Part shown: one piece after another, positions 43,501-52,976 of the stretch | How the letters are laid out: the number at the start of each line of letters is the position of its first letter | Numbering within the stretch: position 1 is the stretch's first letter | IMG/VR virus record: IMGVR_UViG_3300042885_001472 | Direction: 5' to 3' (one strand) | DNA from: a virus | Lineage: Duplodnaviria > Caudoviricetes | DNA: 64,000 bases | Made by a program: the position numbers and the translations under genes | The notes under the pieces: model-generated | Told to the model about the DNA's origin: nothing | The model's database searches: none | Seen by the model: the letters and a program-made list of their open reading frames with translations, nothing else

Positions 43501-43695
43501 ATGGCAGGATTAAATTATGGAAACTCTTTTACAAAAAAAAGAGGTATGTATAAAAATAAAAAGGTTGGAGTTAGTTACGCTGAGTTGGCGGATAAATGGA
43601 TTGTAAGAATATTAAAAAATGGAACAGTAACAACAATTGCACAATTTAAAACAAAGGAGGAAACGGATGAATATTACGGTGCGTTGGCAGTTTAA
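43501..43695 (+). CDS. Cassette hypothetical protein, possibly AP2-like DNA-binding
   Basis: VGVSYAELADKWIVRI...IAQFKTKEE loosely resembles AP2 domains; unit 43468-43711. Confidence 0.45.
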   Translation: MAGLNYGNSFTKKRGMYKNKKVGVSYAELADKWIVRILKNGTVTTIAQFKTKEETDEYYGALAV

Positions 43696-43762
43696 AAACA
43701 TTACTGCTAACGTTTTGCAGCTAAACTTAGTTTATTAACCGAATTTAAAACACAATGTAATT

Positions 43763-44011
43763 ATGGAATACAAATCAGAAGATTTTATATCATTTATAGA
43801 GAATAACAGACGAGATAAGGTAAGCCCTAACGGACTTGAATTAATTGCTAAACGTTTTAGGGAACTGGAATGCGAGGTTAATAAATTGAGTTTAGCTGCT
43901 GTTAGCGGTTCGTTGAGTAGTAAATGTTTTACGTTAGCGAATGAATTGGCAATAGCTGGTTATGGAAACGAAGCCGTTATGTTACACTCAATTAGTAATT
44001 CAATACAATGA
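43763..44011 (+). CDS. Cassette protein whose N-terminal half is encoded in the loop of a 195-nt hairpin
   Basis: Reads through the right arm as VNKLSLAAVSGS; unit 43901-44019. Confidence 0.6.
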   Translation: MEYKSEDFISFIENNRRDKVSPNGLELIAKRFRELECEVNKLSLAAVSGSLSSKCFTLANELAIAGYGNEAVMLHSISNSIQ

Positions 44012-44108
44012 CCGCTAACGTTATCGAGCCTTGCACAGCTAAGGTGTCGCCCGGGTTGGGTTATAGGTAGGTTGTAACGAATGTTTAATTAATACACAAT
44101 TTAAAAAT

Positions 44109-44369
44109 ATGGAAAATACAGATTTAATAGGAGAAGATTTTTATCAAATAGAAAAACAAAAAGGTAATATTTTAGATGTAAATAGTGCTATGGCTTTTAA
44201 AATAGCTTGGGATTATGCAATTGGTTATCATAAAAATAAGGTTAAAATAATAGAATTAGAGCTATTAAAATACAAAGAATTAGAAAAAAAAGTTCGTGAA
44301 ATTTCTGATAATATTAATACTAAGCAAAGTATATCTTATTGCGTTATGGAACATTTTAAAATTATATAA
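44109..44369 (+). CDS. Cassette hypothetical protein
   Basis: 86 aa; unit 44060-44408. Confidence 0.6.
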   Translation: MENTDLIGEDFYQIEKQKGNILDVNSAMAFKIAWDYAIGYHKNKVKIIELELLKYKELEKKVREISDNINTKQSISYCVMEHFKII

Positions 44370-44520
44370 TCAAAAATGTTTCTAAATGATACACAACTTA
44401 CCTATAACGTTTTCGAGCTAAGCCCTCGTTTTAATGGGGCTTAGGTTGTGTTACCTGCTGGCGGCAGAGAAATGTTGCTATAAGACTTTAATATAAAAAA
44501 TAACTTAAAATAAATATAAA

Positions 44521-44991
44521 ATGGAAAGAAGCGATTTTAGAATCATAGAAAGACTGAACTCATTTGGTAAATCTGAATTTATTATCCAACATAAAAAACA
44601 TAAAATGGTTGGAGGTTTCTTCGGACTATTTGGTGGTACTATGCAAGATGTATGGGAAGACTTCTACCTAGAAGTATATGAATGCTATGTAAACGACCAA
44701 CACAGATTTCATAAATATCTATTTATACAAAATTGGAAAGAAAATACAGAAGAAGAAATTGAGTTCTATATAGAACACTTCAATAGAAAACCAATTGAGT
44801 ATAGAGGATATAAATTAATTCCGATTGTTTCATACTTTGGTCAAAAATGCCTAACCTATTATGACCCTAAATCATTTTGTAGAAGAGGTAATTACAACTA
44901 TGGTTATAGAATATATAGTAGTGAATATGAATCCAAGAAGTATATAGATGATAAATTAGATAAAGGCAGAATATTAAATATTTATGAATAA
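44521..44991 (+). CDS. Cassette hypothetical protein (last cassette of array 1)
   Basis: 156 aa; unit 44450-45084. Confidence 0.7.
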   Translation: MERSDFRIIERLNSFGKSEFIIQHKKHKMVGGFFGLFGGTMQDVWEDFYLEVYECYVNDQHRFHKYLFIQNWKENTEEEIEFYIEHFNRKPIEYRGYKLIPIVSYFGQKCLTYYDPKSFCRRGNYNYGYRIYSSEYESKKYIDDKLDKGRILNIYE

Positions 44992-45081
44992 TATGAAGAT
45001 TCCAATAGGTGAAAATGAAATAGTTTAGATTTTTTTAACGGCACATACAAAACTATTTCAAAGTAGCTACCGCTTGCAGGT

Positions 45082-45170
45082 AACTATTATATATAAACAA
45101 GTATAGTCTAAACCCTTTAATAACAATACTTTGAACCAAAAAATTATAAAGATTTGTAAATAAAAGTTTA
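45082..45170. repeat. attI-like array-terminal site, copy 1
   Basis: AAC-TATTATATATAAACAAGTATAGTCTAAACCCTTTAA...GATTTGT..AAAAGTTTA; 83/89 identical to 54821-54909 by manual alignment; no hairpin. Confidence 0.75.
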
Positions 45171-45251
45171 ATTATCTTTTAAAGATGAAAATCACTAAAT
45201 AAAATTAGGAAAATATAAATTAATATGTTATCTTTGTAAAAAATATATGTT

Positions 45252-45710
45252 ATGGAAAGTTTAGATGTTAAAAATTTTTGTTTAGTTATATTAGGTAAAC
45301 AAAATGACGTTAAAAAAGAGTTAGAATTTATTTCTGAAGGACCAATAAATTATGTTGAGGGAAAATATTTATTCATCGCAACTTTTAAATCAACATTGTT
45401 CGCGAAGGATATTGAAATCTTTTTAAGTAGTTCCAATATAAATTATATCTTATCTGAAATGGTTTCTTCATTATTTTCGGCTGATCTTGGTGAGTTTAAT
45501 TCAGCACTATTTAATTTAAATCAAAATACTAATATTTTTGAGAAAAAAATTGTTGTAGATTATACTGGAACTGAAGAAGCTGTAATTATTGATGAAGAAG
45601 ATGAAAATTTAACTTTAGATGAATTATTGGATTTAGTGTCTGAAATAGGATTGGATAAATTAACAAGTAAACAAAAAGAACTTTTAAATAAATTTTCACT
45701 AAATAAATAA
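45252..45710 (+). CDS. Hypothetical protein
   Basis: 152 aa; TATCTTTG promoter element at 45229-45236. Confidence 0.7.
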   Translation: MESLDVKNFCLVILGKQNDVKKELEFISEGPINYVEGKYLFIATFKSTLFAKDIEIFLSSSNINYILSEMVSSLFSADLGEFNSALFNLNQNTNIFEKKIVVDYTGTEEAVIIDEEDENLTLDELLDLVSEIGLDKLTSKQKELLNKFSLNK

Positions 45711-45711
45711 T

Positions 45712-46521
45712 ATGGTAAATAAAAAATTCATTAATGGTCAAGAAGATTCAATTTCAAATTACCTTAAGGATGTAAAAAAGTGTGGTGTTATTAACACTGA
45801 CACTGAAGTTGAATTAGCTAAAAGAATACAAGAAGGTGATCAAGTTGCCGCTGATGAATTGGCTAAAGCTAATCTTAGATTTGTTATATCAATCGCCAAA
45901 GAATATCAAAATCAGGGATTACCATTAGCGGATTTAATTTCAGAAGGTAATTACGGATTGATTATAGCGGCTCAACGATTTGACTATACAAAAGGGTTTA
46001 AATTTATTTCTTACGCTGTATGGTGGATAAAACAATCTATTATGCAGTCACTAAACGAACATTCCAGAACTGTTCGGTTACCAACTAATGTTATCAATAA
46101 ACTTTCTAAAATTAAGAAAGAGATAGATGCGTTTGAGCAAAAGTTTGAAAGAAAACCAGTATTAGGTGATGAAATTGAAATGGTATTCCACCCAACAGTG
46201 ATATCGTTAAGTACAACAATAAATGATGATGGTGATGAGTTAATTGAAGTTATTGAAGATCCTAACATTAATAGTCCGGACAATGATCCATATAATGAGT
46301 ACGACATTAAAGAACGTATGAATAAAATTCTATCAATTCTTTCTGAAAGGGAGAAAAATGTGATTGAGTTATATTATGGTATAAATGGATCACCTTTAAC
46401 ATTGGAAGAAATTGGTGAGGAATATGATTTAACTAAAGAAAGAATTCGTCAAATTAAAGAAAAATGTATCAGAAAACTTAGAAATAATGCTGATGTCTTA
46501 CAACAACAATTATTTGGATAA
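45712..46521 (+). CDS. rpoD: RNA polymerase sigma70-family factor, Bacteroidota primary-sigma-like
   Basis: ANLRFVISIAKEYQNQG, DLISEGNYGL, GFKFISYAVWWIKQSI, RTVRLP, region 4 LTLEEIGEEYDLTKERIRQIKEK; no region 1.1. Confidence 0.92.
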   Translation: MVNKKFINGQEDSISNYLKDVKKCGVINTDTEVELAKRIQEGDQVAADELAKANLRFVISIAKEYQNQGLPLADLISEGNYGLIIAAQRFDYTKGFKFISYAVWWIKQSIMQSLNEHSRTVRLPTNVINKLSKIKKEIDAFEQKFERKPVLGDEIEMVFHPTVISLSTTINDDGDELIEVIEDPNINSPDNDPYNEYDIKERMNKILSILSEREKNVIELYYGINGSPLTLEEIGEEYDLTKERIRQIKEKCIRKLRNNADVLQQQLFG

Positions 46522-46666
46522 ATATGAATAAATTTAATGAGTGGTGGAACGAAGTTTTATTCGTTATTAATATTAGTATCTTTGAAATATCTGTTGATAA
46601 TGGAATGATTTGTTCATTGATATTGATAATTTTTGGATTAATGAGTTTATAAATAAAACAAATAAT

Positions 46667-46846
46667 ATGAAAAAAGACATTGAAATTAGTGTAACTGAAA
46701 CAAAATCAGTTGAACATGTTAGTTATGAAGAGTTGTATAACTCATTAAGAGATAGAATTAGATTAATTCAACAACTTAATGATAAATACGAAAATGATGA
46801 AGATTTTGGTAGAAATTTAAGAAAATTATTGAATTTAGGTGGGTAA
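46667..46846 (+). CDS. Hypothetical protein
   Basis: Probable ATG 46667; ends GGTGGGTAA just before the first hairpin of array 2. Confidence 0.55.
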   Translation: MKKDIEISVTETKSVEHVSYEELYNSLRDRIRLIQQLNDKYENDEDFGRNLRKLLNLGG

Positions 46847-46933
46847 AAATATTGATACTAACGGTATCGGACTTGGCGATGTTGCCGAAAACAAATGTTA
46901 ATTAGAATTACTAAACTTTAAATTATAGATAAA

Positions 46934-47230
46934 ATGTCAAACGAAGAAATGAACGGCAATATTGTCAAACCCGTGTTACCTGTTGTACTTATTTGCGATT
47001 GCAGTAGCCGTGAACACCAAATTATCATTGAACACAACAATGAAGATAACTTAACCTACTGCCATATTCATTTGGTAAAACACGGCTTTTGGCGAAGATT
47101 GAAAGTTGGTTTAAAATACATATTTGGTTATAAATGTAGATACGGTCAATGGGATGAATTTATATTAAAACCCGAACACGCTAACCAGCTTCGTGAATTG
47201 TCGAATTTTCTTTCACAGCATAGCAGGTAA
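46934..47230 (+). CDS. Cassette hypothetical protein starting in a hairpin loop
   Basis: MSNEEMNGNIVKPVLPVV...CDC...EH; stop TAA is part of the AAC core; unit 46975-47231. Confidence 0.65.
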   Translation: MSNEEMNGNIVKPVLPVVLICDCSSREHQIIIEHNNEDNLTYCHIHLVKHGFWRRLKVGLKYIFGYKCRYGQWDEFILKPEHANQLRELSNFLSQHSR

Positions 47231-47351
47231 CGGTTGAGTAGTAAAAAATTCTAAAACTAAAAATTATGTATACAAAAGATTTATATGGATTTAATCCAGT
47301 TACAATTGGCCAACACAGGTTGGTTATATTTATTTATTTATAACTAATAAC

Positions 47352-47651
47352 ATGAAAACTAAACAAGAAATAGAAAAGTTAGCTGAGCAATATTTACAAA
47401 AAAATAAACATAATTTTGATACTTGGAAAGAGATAGAACATGTTAAAATTAGTTATATAGATGCTTACACTCAATGCCAAGAAGATGTAGATTGGGAATT
47501 ATTAGTGAAGTTGATTAAAAGGTATACAGAAGAAGATTTACTTCACGCTTTTAGAGAAGGAGTTTTATTACCTAACTCACAAATTGGTATAATGGAAGAT
47601 ATATTTAAACAAGTAGTTCAATCACTAAACAAACAAGACAATGAAAACTAA
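47352..47651 (+). CDS. MKTK(E/Q)EIE..LAE family protein, copy 1
   Basis: Shared blocks MKTKxEIExLAE, YTQCQED, YTEED, SLNKxD. Confidence 0.7.
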   Translation: MKTKQEIEKLAEQYLQKNKHNFDTWKEIEHVKISYIDAYTQCQEDVDWELLVKLIKRYTEEDLLHAFREGVLLPNSQIGIMEDIFKQVVQSLNKQDNEN

Positions 47652-47907
47652 AGAAGAAATAGAACAGTTAGCTGAAGAATTTGGGGATAAATATGCTGAT
47701 AACGGAAATCATAAATATGGTTTTATCAAAGGCTACACTCAATGCCAAGAAGATATGGCTGATAAGAAATCCACAGAGGAAGATATTAGAAAGGCTATTG
47801 AAGTTGGTGTAAATGCAGAAGCCGGTGATTATCCAAAAGGTTTTACACACAAACTTGGAATTAGCTTAGAAGATTATTTTATTAACTCACTAAACAAAAA
47901 AGACTAA
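47641..47907 (+). CDS. MKTK(E/Q)EIE..LAE family protein, copy 2
   Basis: Same conserved blocks. Confidence 0.7.
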   Translation: MKTKEEIEQLAEEFGDKYADNGNHKYGFIKGYTQCQEDMADKKSTEEDIRKAIEVGVNAEAGDYPKGFTHKLGISLEDYFINSLNKKD

Positions 47908-47908
47908 T

Positions 47909-48196
47909 ATGAAAAGCAAAGAAGAAATAGAACAGTTAGCTGAAAATCAATATCCAATTGAAGTAGGAGGTTCGATGTGGATGCCTAATACTAATGATAT
48001 TAAAAAGGCTAATGAACAAGAAGGTTACATAAAAGGTTACATTCAATGCCAACAAGATATGGCTGATAAGAAATATACAAAGGCACAAATTATATGGGTA
48101 ATACAAGAAGCATACGGACACGGTAGAGATAGTGAAGACACTATTGAAGAAAGTATTGATTATATTTTTAACTCACTAAACAAACAAGACTTATGA
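47909..48196 (+). CDS. MKTK(E/Q)EIE..LAE family protein, copy 3
   Basis: Same conserved blocks. Confidence 0.7.
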   Translation: MKSKEEIEQLAENQYPIEVGGSMWMPNTNDIKKANEQEGYIKGYIQCQQDMADKKYTKAQIIWVIQEAYGHGRDSEDTIEESIDYIFNSLNKQDL

Positions 48197-48298
48197 TACA
48201 AAAGATTTATCTAAATGTAATTAGTTTTATATTTTTATTAATTGCAAAATTGATTATTAAATGTTTAGATTTTATCAACTCATTAAACAAACAAAACA

Positions 48299-49183
48299 AT
48301 GACCAGTAAAGAAGTAATGGATGCAGCATTTAATTTAGCTAATAATAAACAAAAGACAATGAAAAACATACACATATTGCCAACGGATAAACCAAGTATA
48401 TTACATTTATATACTGATGAAAATGGCACAAGACTTGAAACTTTTGAAGTAGAATATTCACACACAAGAGATACTCAACACATCTACATCACTTCTGATG
48501 AAGAAATTAAAGATGGAGATTGGTATTTAGACACCTTTAATAATCAAAGAATTAAAGCTAATGAATTTTCAGACCATAAACATTACGGAAATGCTTGTAA
48601 AAAAATCATCCTAACAACAGACCAAGACTTAATTACAGATGGTGTTCAAGCTATTGATGATAAGTTTTTAGAATGGTTTGTAAATAACAGTAGTTGTGAA
48701 AGTGTTGAGGTTGTAAAAGACGGTTTAAAAGTTAAAGAGGGAGGTATTCAAGAACTAATGGAAGATGAGTATTATCAAAAATTCCCAGAAGAGCTTCCAA
48801 ACTGCGTTTTTATTGATAAATATGAAATCATCATTCCACAAGAAGAACCTAAACAAGAAACACTTGAAGAAGTTCAATTAGCTATTTTATTTCATAATAC
48901 TTATGAGAATTTAGCACCAAATTTTGGTTATGAAACAAGAGCAGATACAAAATCATTTGAAACTACTACTCCAAATGGAATGTTAATGATTGCTGTTTGT
49001 AAAGAAATAATTAAATGGCAACAAGAAAGAAGTTATAGTGAGGAAGAAGTAAAAGAAATAATTAAACTTTCTTGTGAAAAAGGTATGCTGATTCAAAGAA
49101 CTATAAATGATAAAGTTAAAATTCCATATACAAGAATAAAAGACTTTACGATTAAAATGTTGGAACAATTTAAAAAGAAATAG
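48299..49183 (+). CDS. Hypothetical phage protein
   Basis: 294 aa; KNIHILPTDKPS, HIYITSDEEIKDGDW, CKKIILTTDQDL; C-terminal YSEEEV resembles the YTEED block of its neighbours. Confidence 0.7.
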   Translation: MTSKEVMDAAFNLANNKQKTMKNIHILPTDKPSILHLYTDENGTRLETFEVEYSHTRDTQHIYITSDEEIKDGDWYLDTFNNQRIKANEFSDHKHYGNACKKIILTTDQDLITDGVQAIDDKFLEWFVNNSSCESVEVVKDGLKVKEGGIQELMEDEYYQKFPEELPNCVFIDKYEIIIPQEEPKQETLEEVQLAILFHNTYENLAPNFGYETRADTKSFETTTPNGMLMIAVCKEIIKWQQERSYSEEEVKEIIKLSCEKGMLIQRTINDKVKIPYTRIKDFTIKMLEQFKKK

Positions 49184-49184
49184 T

Positions 49185-49511
49185 ATGAAAACTAAAGAAG
49201 AAATAGAACAGTTAGCTGAAAGCCAATATGGAACTGAAATAGGCAGTATAAGAGGGAGTAATCCTTATGACTTAGAAGGAAATAGAAAAAATGGCTTAAA
49301 GGTGCTGTTAGTGGATGATAAAATTAAGTATGATGATTTAAAAGACGGAGATATTTATGAGCAGGAACAAAGCAAAGGCGAATGGGTAAAAGGAAAAATT
49401 TGCCACCATTGGAGAGGTAGTTTAATGATAGAATTAATTGAAGGAAGATTGAATGGGAAGCAATGGTATTTGTTTCCTGATTTAAAGAGATTAAGGCGTG
49501 TGGCAGCTTAA
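49185..49511 (+). CDS. Chimeric ORF: MKTKEE-family N-terminus fused through an att right arm to a cassette gene
   Basis: First 36 nt identical to 47641; contains AAAAATGGCTTAAAGGTGCTGTTAGT, identical to 42792-42816; unit 49307-49528. Confidence 0.65.
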   Translation: MKTKEEIEQLAESQYGTEIGSIRGSNPYDLEGNRKNGLKVLLVDDKIKYDDLKDGDIYEQEQSKGEWVKGKICHHWRGSLMIELIEGRLNGKQWYLFPDLKRLRRVAA

Positions 49512-49774
49512 TTTTATTTGCCACTAACGGTTGAGTGTATGAGAAGGTTTGCTTTGTTAAACTTTCAAATTACCACCGACCTTTGTAGCTAACTTTCTTA
49601 TACACCTTGTTATAACCAGTACGGATAAATTAGCACTGAACTTGATACGAAGAACGAATAAAAACTTTTTAAAAATGTGCGGTGGAAAACTTGATTAATT
49701 TAAAAATAAGTAGTATATCTGTAATATCATAATAATAATAAACTAATAAACTAATAAACTAAAAAATTAAACAA

Positions 49775-50368
49775 ATGGCAAAATTTATTGAAACAATTTA
49801 TCCAACTATTGAAGATAGAGTAAGTAGATGGGAAACAATGGGAATGTTACATATAGTTAAATCTGATGATTCTAAAAAATTGGTGGCGATGGCACTTGAT
49901 GCAACTGCAATATATCTTACAGAATTTAATTTTAAAAATTTTGATAACGATACAAAAACGGTTTTAATACCAGTAATTGTAAGAATTTTCAACGAAACAA
50001 ACAAAGATTTCACATTAGAAACATTAACTAAATCAGTTAGAAGAATAATTGAAGATTTTGTGGAAAAATATGAAGAAGCAAAACCTAAGTTTAACCCATT
50101 AACTTCCGAAAGAGATGATGATGCTGAATTTATTGCGTTATATTGCGAAAACTATTCTTTTGATGAAAACAAAATTAAAATTAAATTTAAAATTACATTT
50201 TGGAAAGATATTCCAGAAAGAACATTTATAATTGATGATACCAACTTCTTTCCAAAATATTTTATGGGGTTGGATGGTATTTTATATGAAAATTATGGAA
50301 CAGAGGAAAAACCAATGTGGGAAAATGTTTTTGATAGTGACTATGAGATTGAAATTGTTAATCTTTAA
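49775..50368 (+). CDS. Cassette protein resembling the N-terminal region of T4-like major capsid proteins
   Basis: RWETMGMLH...MALDATAIYL...IPVIVRIF parallels gp23-type KW..GLL.GL...A.LLEN.A..L...P.VRR.F (recalled pattern, not searched). Confidence 0.4.
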   Translation: MAKFIETIYPTIEDRVSRWETMGMLHIVKSDDSKKLVAMALDATAIYLTEFNFKNFDNDTKTVLIPVIVRIFNETNKDFTLETLTKSVRRIIEDFVEKYEEAKPKFNPLTSERDDDAEFIALYCENYSFDENKIKIKFKITFWKDIPERTFIIDDTNFFPKYFMGLDGILYENYGTEEKPMWENVFDSDYEIEIVNL

Positions 50369-50570
50369 GGTGGGAAATTTTTAAAAAGTTTTTCTCACAG
50401 AACTTAAATATGGAACACGAATGTAGTATTGGTTATAACGGTTGGGTGTATGAGAAGGTTTGCTTAGATGAACTTTCAAATTATACACAACTGTTATAAC
50501 CAGTACGGTTAATTTAAGATAAAACTTGATTAAATGAATAATAATTAGTATATTTGTAAAAAAATAAATT

Positions 50571-51044
50571 ATGGAAAACATATTAAAAAGGCTTGAATAT
50601 AAAATATTTAAGAAATACGAAAAAAAGATTGAAGATGTAAAAGATTATGTATGGGATTATAAAAAAATCAATAATGACATTACTCAACTTGAACACAATG
50701 AAACATTGAGTCGTTTTGTGTTATATTATATGAAAGAATTTAACTTAGATGTAATAATTACATCTGGAGAAATTTGCACTATATTTCAAAACTTTAGTAA
50801 TTTTTATATTATTGGTGAAAACGATGTATATAATTATAAAAGATATAAATCTGACATTAGTAATGATTTTGAACCATTTTACCTTATCAAAGAAGAAGAT
50901 AATAATATTGGGGTTGTAATTAAAACCAATATTAGAATTGAACCGAATAATATTATACTAACAAACACTGAAGGTTCTAATTATAAAATAATTGATGTTT
51001 GGAATTTACCAAGTGTTAAACTAACTGAATGTTTTAAAAAATAA
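50571..51044 (+). CDS. Cassette hypothetical protein
   Basis: 157 aa; TATATTTG promoter at 50549; two-gene unit 50493-51405. Confidence 0.7.
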   Translation: MENILKRLEYKIFKKYEKKIEDVKDYVWDYKKINNDITQLEHNETLSRFVLYYMKEFNLDVIITSGEICTIFQNFSNFYIIGENDVYNYKRYKSDISNDFEPFYLIKEEDNNIGVVIKTNIRIEPNNIILTNTEGSNYKIIDVWNLPSVKLTECFKK

Positions 51045-51048
51045 AGAT

Positions 51049-51387
51049 ATGGAAAAAGAAAATTTAAAAACTGGGGTGTACCTCATAAAAGCGGATAGTA
51101 AAGATTATTCCTTAACAAAAGAGAAAGAAGAGAAAATAAATTCATTAGAAATTAATGAAGAACATAAAGATTTTTTCAAAAATCTTTTTAGAGAAGAACC
51201 AACACCAAAAGGTTATGATTTATTAGTTGAATTGGTTGGTCAAAATCCTTTTTTAAAAATCAAAAGTGTTAAAAATAATGATACTGGTGAAAATATTACT
51301 GAACAATTTACTGATAAAAATATTGATGATGTTAATTCTTTATGGTTATTTACTAAACATTTAGAATGGGTTCTTCAGAACATATAA
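51049..51387 (+). CDS. Cassette hypothetical protein
   Basis: 112 aa; second gene of unit 50493-51405. Confidence 0.7.
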   Translation: MEKENLKTGVYLIKADSKDYSLTKEKEEKINSLEINEEHKDFFKNLFREEPTPKGYDLLVELVGQNPFLKIKSVKNNDTGENITEQFTDKNIDDVNSLWLFTKHLEWVLQNI

Positions 51388-51532
51388 CGTAGTATTGGTT
51401 ATAACGTTTTGCAGCTTTAAGAAGTGGCTGCCTAACGGAAAGTTCAAAGTTCGCACAATGTTTATGGCAGCTTTTGCCAAACCGCTGTTATGTGCTGGGC
51501 GGATTATCAGTACTAATTTTAATTTAAAAACG

Positions 51533-51745
51533 ATGTACAAAGCATTTCAAAACAAAAAGTATTATTTGGCGTTTAACCGATTTCCTAAAACTGCCAAAAA
51601 AGTAGGGGGTGTGCATAAAGCATATTCAACAGGATTTAGAAAATGGAATTCTGATGATATGATTACCTACGCAATAGTTGTCGGCACATTCAGGATTATG
51701 TTTGGAATTAAAACGCCAAATTATACTTGTGATGAAGGATGTTAG
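51533..51745 (+). CDS. Cassette hypothetical protein
   Basis: ATG 51533 (the longer track ORF runs through the hairpin); unit 51487-51758. Confidence 0.6.
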   Translation: MYKAFQNKKYYLAFNRFPKTAKKVGGVHKAYSTGFRKWNSDDMITYAIVVGTFRIMFGIKTPNYTCDEGC

Positions 51746-51815
51746 CCTTGCACATAACGCTTTGCAGCTTTGAGCCGTTTACCAAATATTAATAACAAAA
51801 AAATAAATAACGAAT

Positions 51816-51995
51816 ATGCCAAAAACAATACATGCAAAAAGAGAAGATTTAATTTGCGGAAAAATAGACTTAGCACAAGATATGGCTATTAAATTAAAAA
51901 GTATCGAATTACTTGAATTATTAGATAGTATCAGATATGATGCTGTAAGAATGGAACAAAAACTTATTAGCAGAAAACAGGAATCAAAAATATAA
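51816..51995 (+). CDS. Cassette hypothetical protein (59 aa) starting at a hairpin-loop ATG
   Basis: MPKTIHAKREDLICGKIDL...QESKI*; same AACGAATATG context as 42773 and 53389. Confidence 0.55.
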   Translation: MPKTIHAKREDLICGKIDLAQDMAIKLKSIELLELLDSIRYDAVRMEQKLISRKQESKI

Positions 51996-52176
51996 ATAAC
52001 AGAACCACCGCTTGCAGGTAACGGTTTGCAGATTGCCGAAGGTGGCGAAATCGAAGCACTAAACTTGATATAAAAACGAATGTTAAACCGAAGCACAACA
52101 GTTGATATTAGCACTAAACCGCCACTTTTGGCAATGTGCTGTTATAAGCCGTTTTTCTTCACAAATCAAAAAATAA

Positions 52177-52516
52177 ATGGATTTACGAATTGAATACATT
52201 TTCAGAGAAGAAATGAAAAGAGATACATCTTTTCAAGAAAAAAAAAACTGGGTTAAGTTTGCTTTTCGGAACAAACAAATACTCTAAACAAGAAATGAGA
52301 GAAACTTGGGATAGAGGTATTAAACTTGGAATAGAAATAGGATTGCGAAAAGCAAGTTTAGAAGGACAAAGGATTGAACTTAATCACAATACACCCGAAG
52401 GAAAGCATAAGGAATTTCTTGAAAAGTTTTATCAATTGGCTGATGAATATAAATGTGCTGTCCAATTTCATCTCGAATTTGGAATGGTAGTAGTTGCTCG
52501 TCAAAATGGCTTATAA
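52177..52516 (+). pseudogene. Cassette gene frameshifted at an A10 tract (or slippage-controlled)
   Basis: ATG 52177 joins ORF 52259..52516 in frame if A10 at 52238-52247 were A9; unit 52141-52517. Confidence 0.55.
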
Positions 52517-52582
52517 CGGTTTGCAGATAAGCGAAGGCAAAGATTTAGAAACGAAAATTTTAACTTAAAAACAAATATAATT

Positions 52583-52846
52583 ATGAAAACGAGAACATCA
52601 TTAAACCACAGAACCTTTGCTTTTGCTTATGTGCTGTTAGTAGCTGTTATTTTTTGCGGCTGTGAGGATATGAATAGAGCCGAAGAACGCTCAAAAGTAT
52701 TTAAAACAGCAGTAGAAGTTAATGGCTACCAAATATCAATAATAGAATTTGATAGTTGTCAATACTTAATATCAGGCGTTGGCTACTCACAAATGATGAC
52801 ACATAAAGGGAACTGTAAATTTTGTACAGAACGTAGCAAAAAATAA
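52583..52846 (+). CDS. Cassette-encoded putative small lipoprotein
   Basis: ...FAYVLLVAVIFCG-C; C-terminal THKGNCKFC; unit 52636-52857. Confidence 0.65.
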   Translation: MKTRTSLNHRTFAFAYVLLVAVIFCGCEDMNRAEERSKVFKTAVEVNGYQISIIEFDSCQYLISGVGYSQMMTHKGNCKFCTERSKK

Positions 52847-52976
52847 TTGCTACTAACGTTTTGCAGCTAATAGACGGGCTGGAAACTTATATAATTCCGC
52901 CTGTTTATTAGGTGCTGTTATAGGTAGTGCCAAATATAAATACTAAAAGAATATTAATAATTAAAAAATAGAAATA

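Larger units (their letters stand above)
40849..45170. mobile_element. Integron-like gene-cassette array 1
   Basis: attC-like hairpins (AAC..GTT) at 40864-40924, ~41350-41539 (degenerate), 41786-41900, 42160-42271, 42426-42472, 42713-42813, 43009-43093, 43377-43470, 43709-43903, 44017-44062 (weak arms) and 44406-44452, each separating small genes; ends in the conserved site at 45082. Confidence 0.82.

Noticed and set aside
46561-46590. ATTAGTATC as a degenerate right att arm for gene 46667
   Set aside because: It is better explained as part of a TATCTTTG promoter element, and no left arm is visible.
47352-49290. Diversity-generating retroelement (TR/VR pair)
   Set aside because: No reverse transcriptase lies in the window, and paralogues differ by indels and unrelated segments rather than adenine-specific substitutions.
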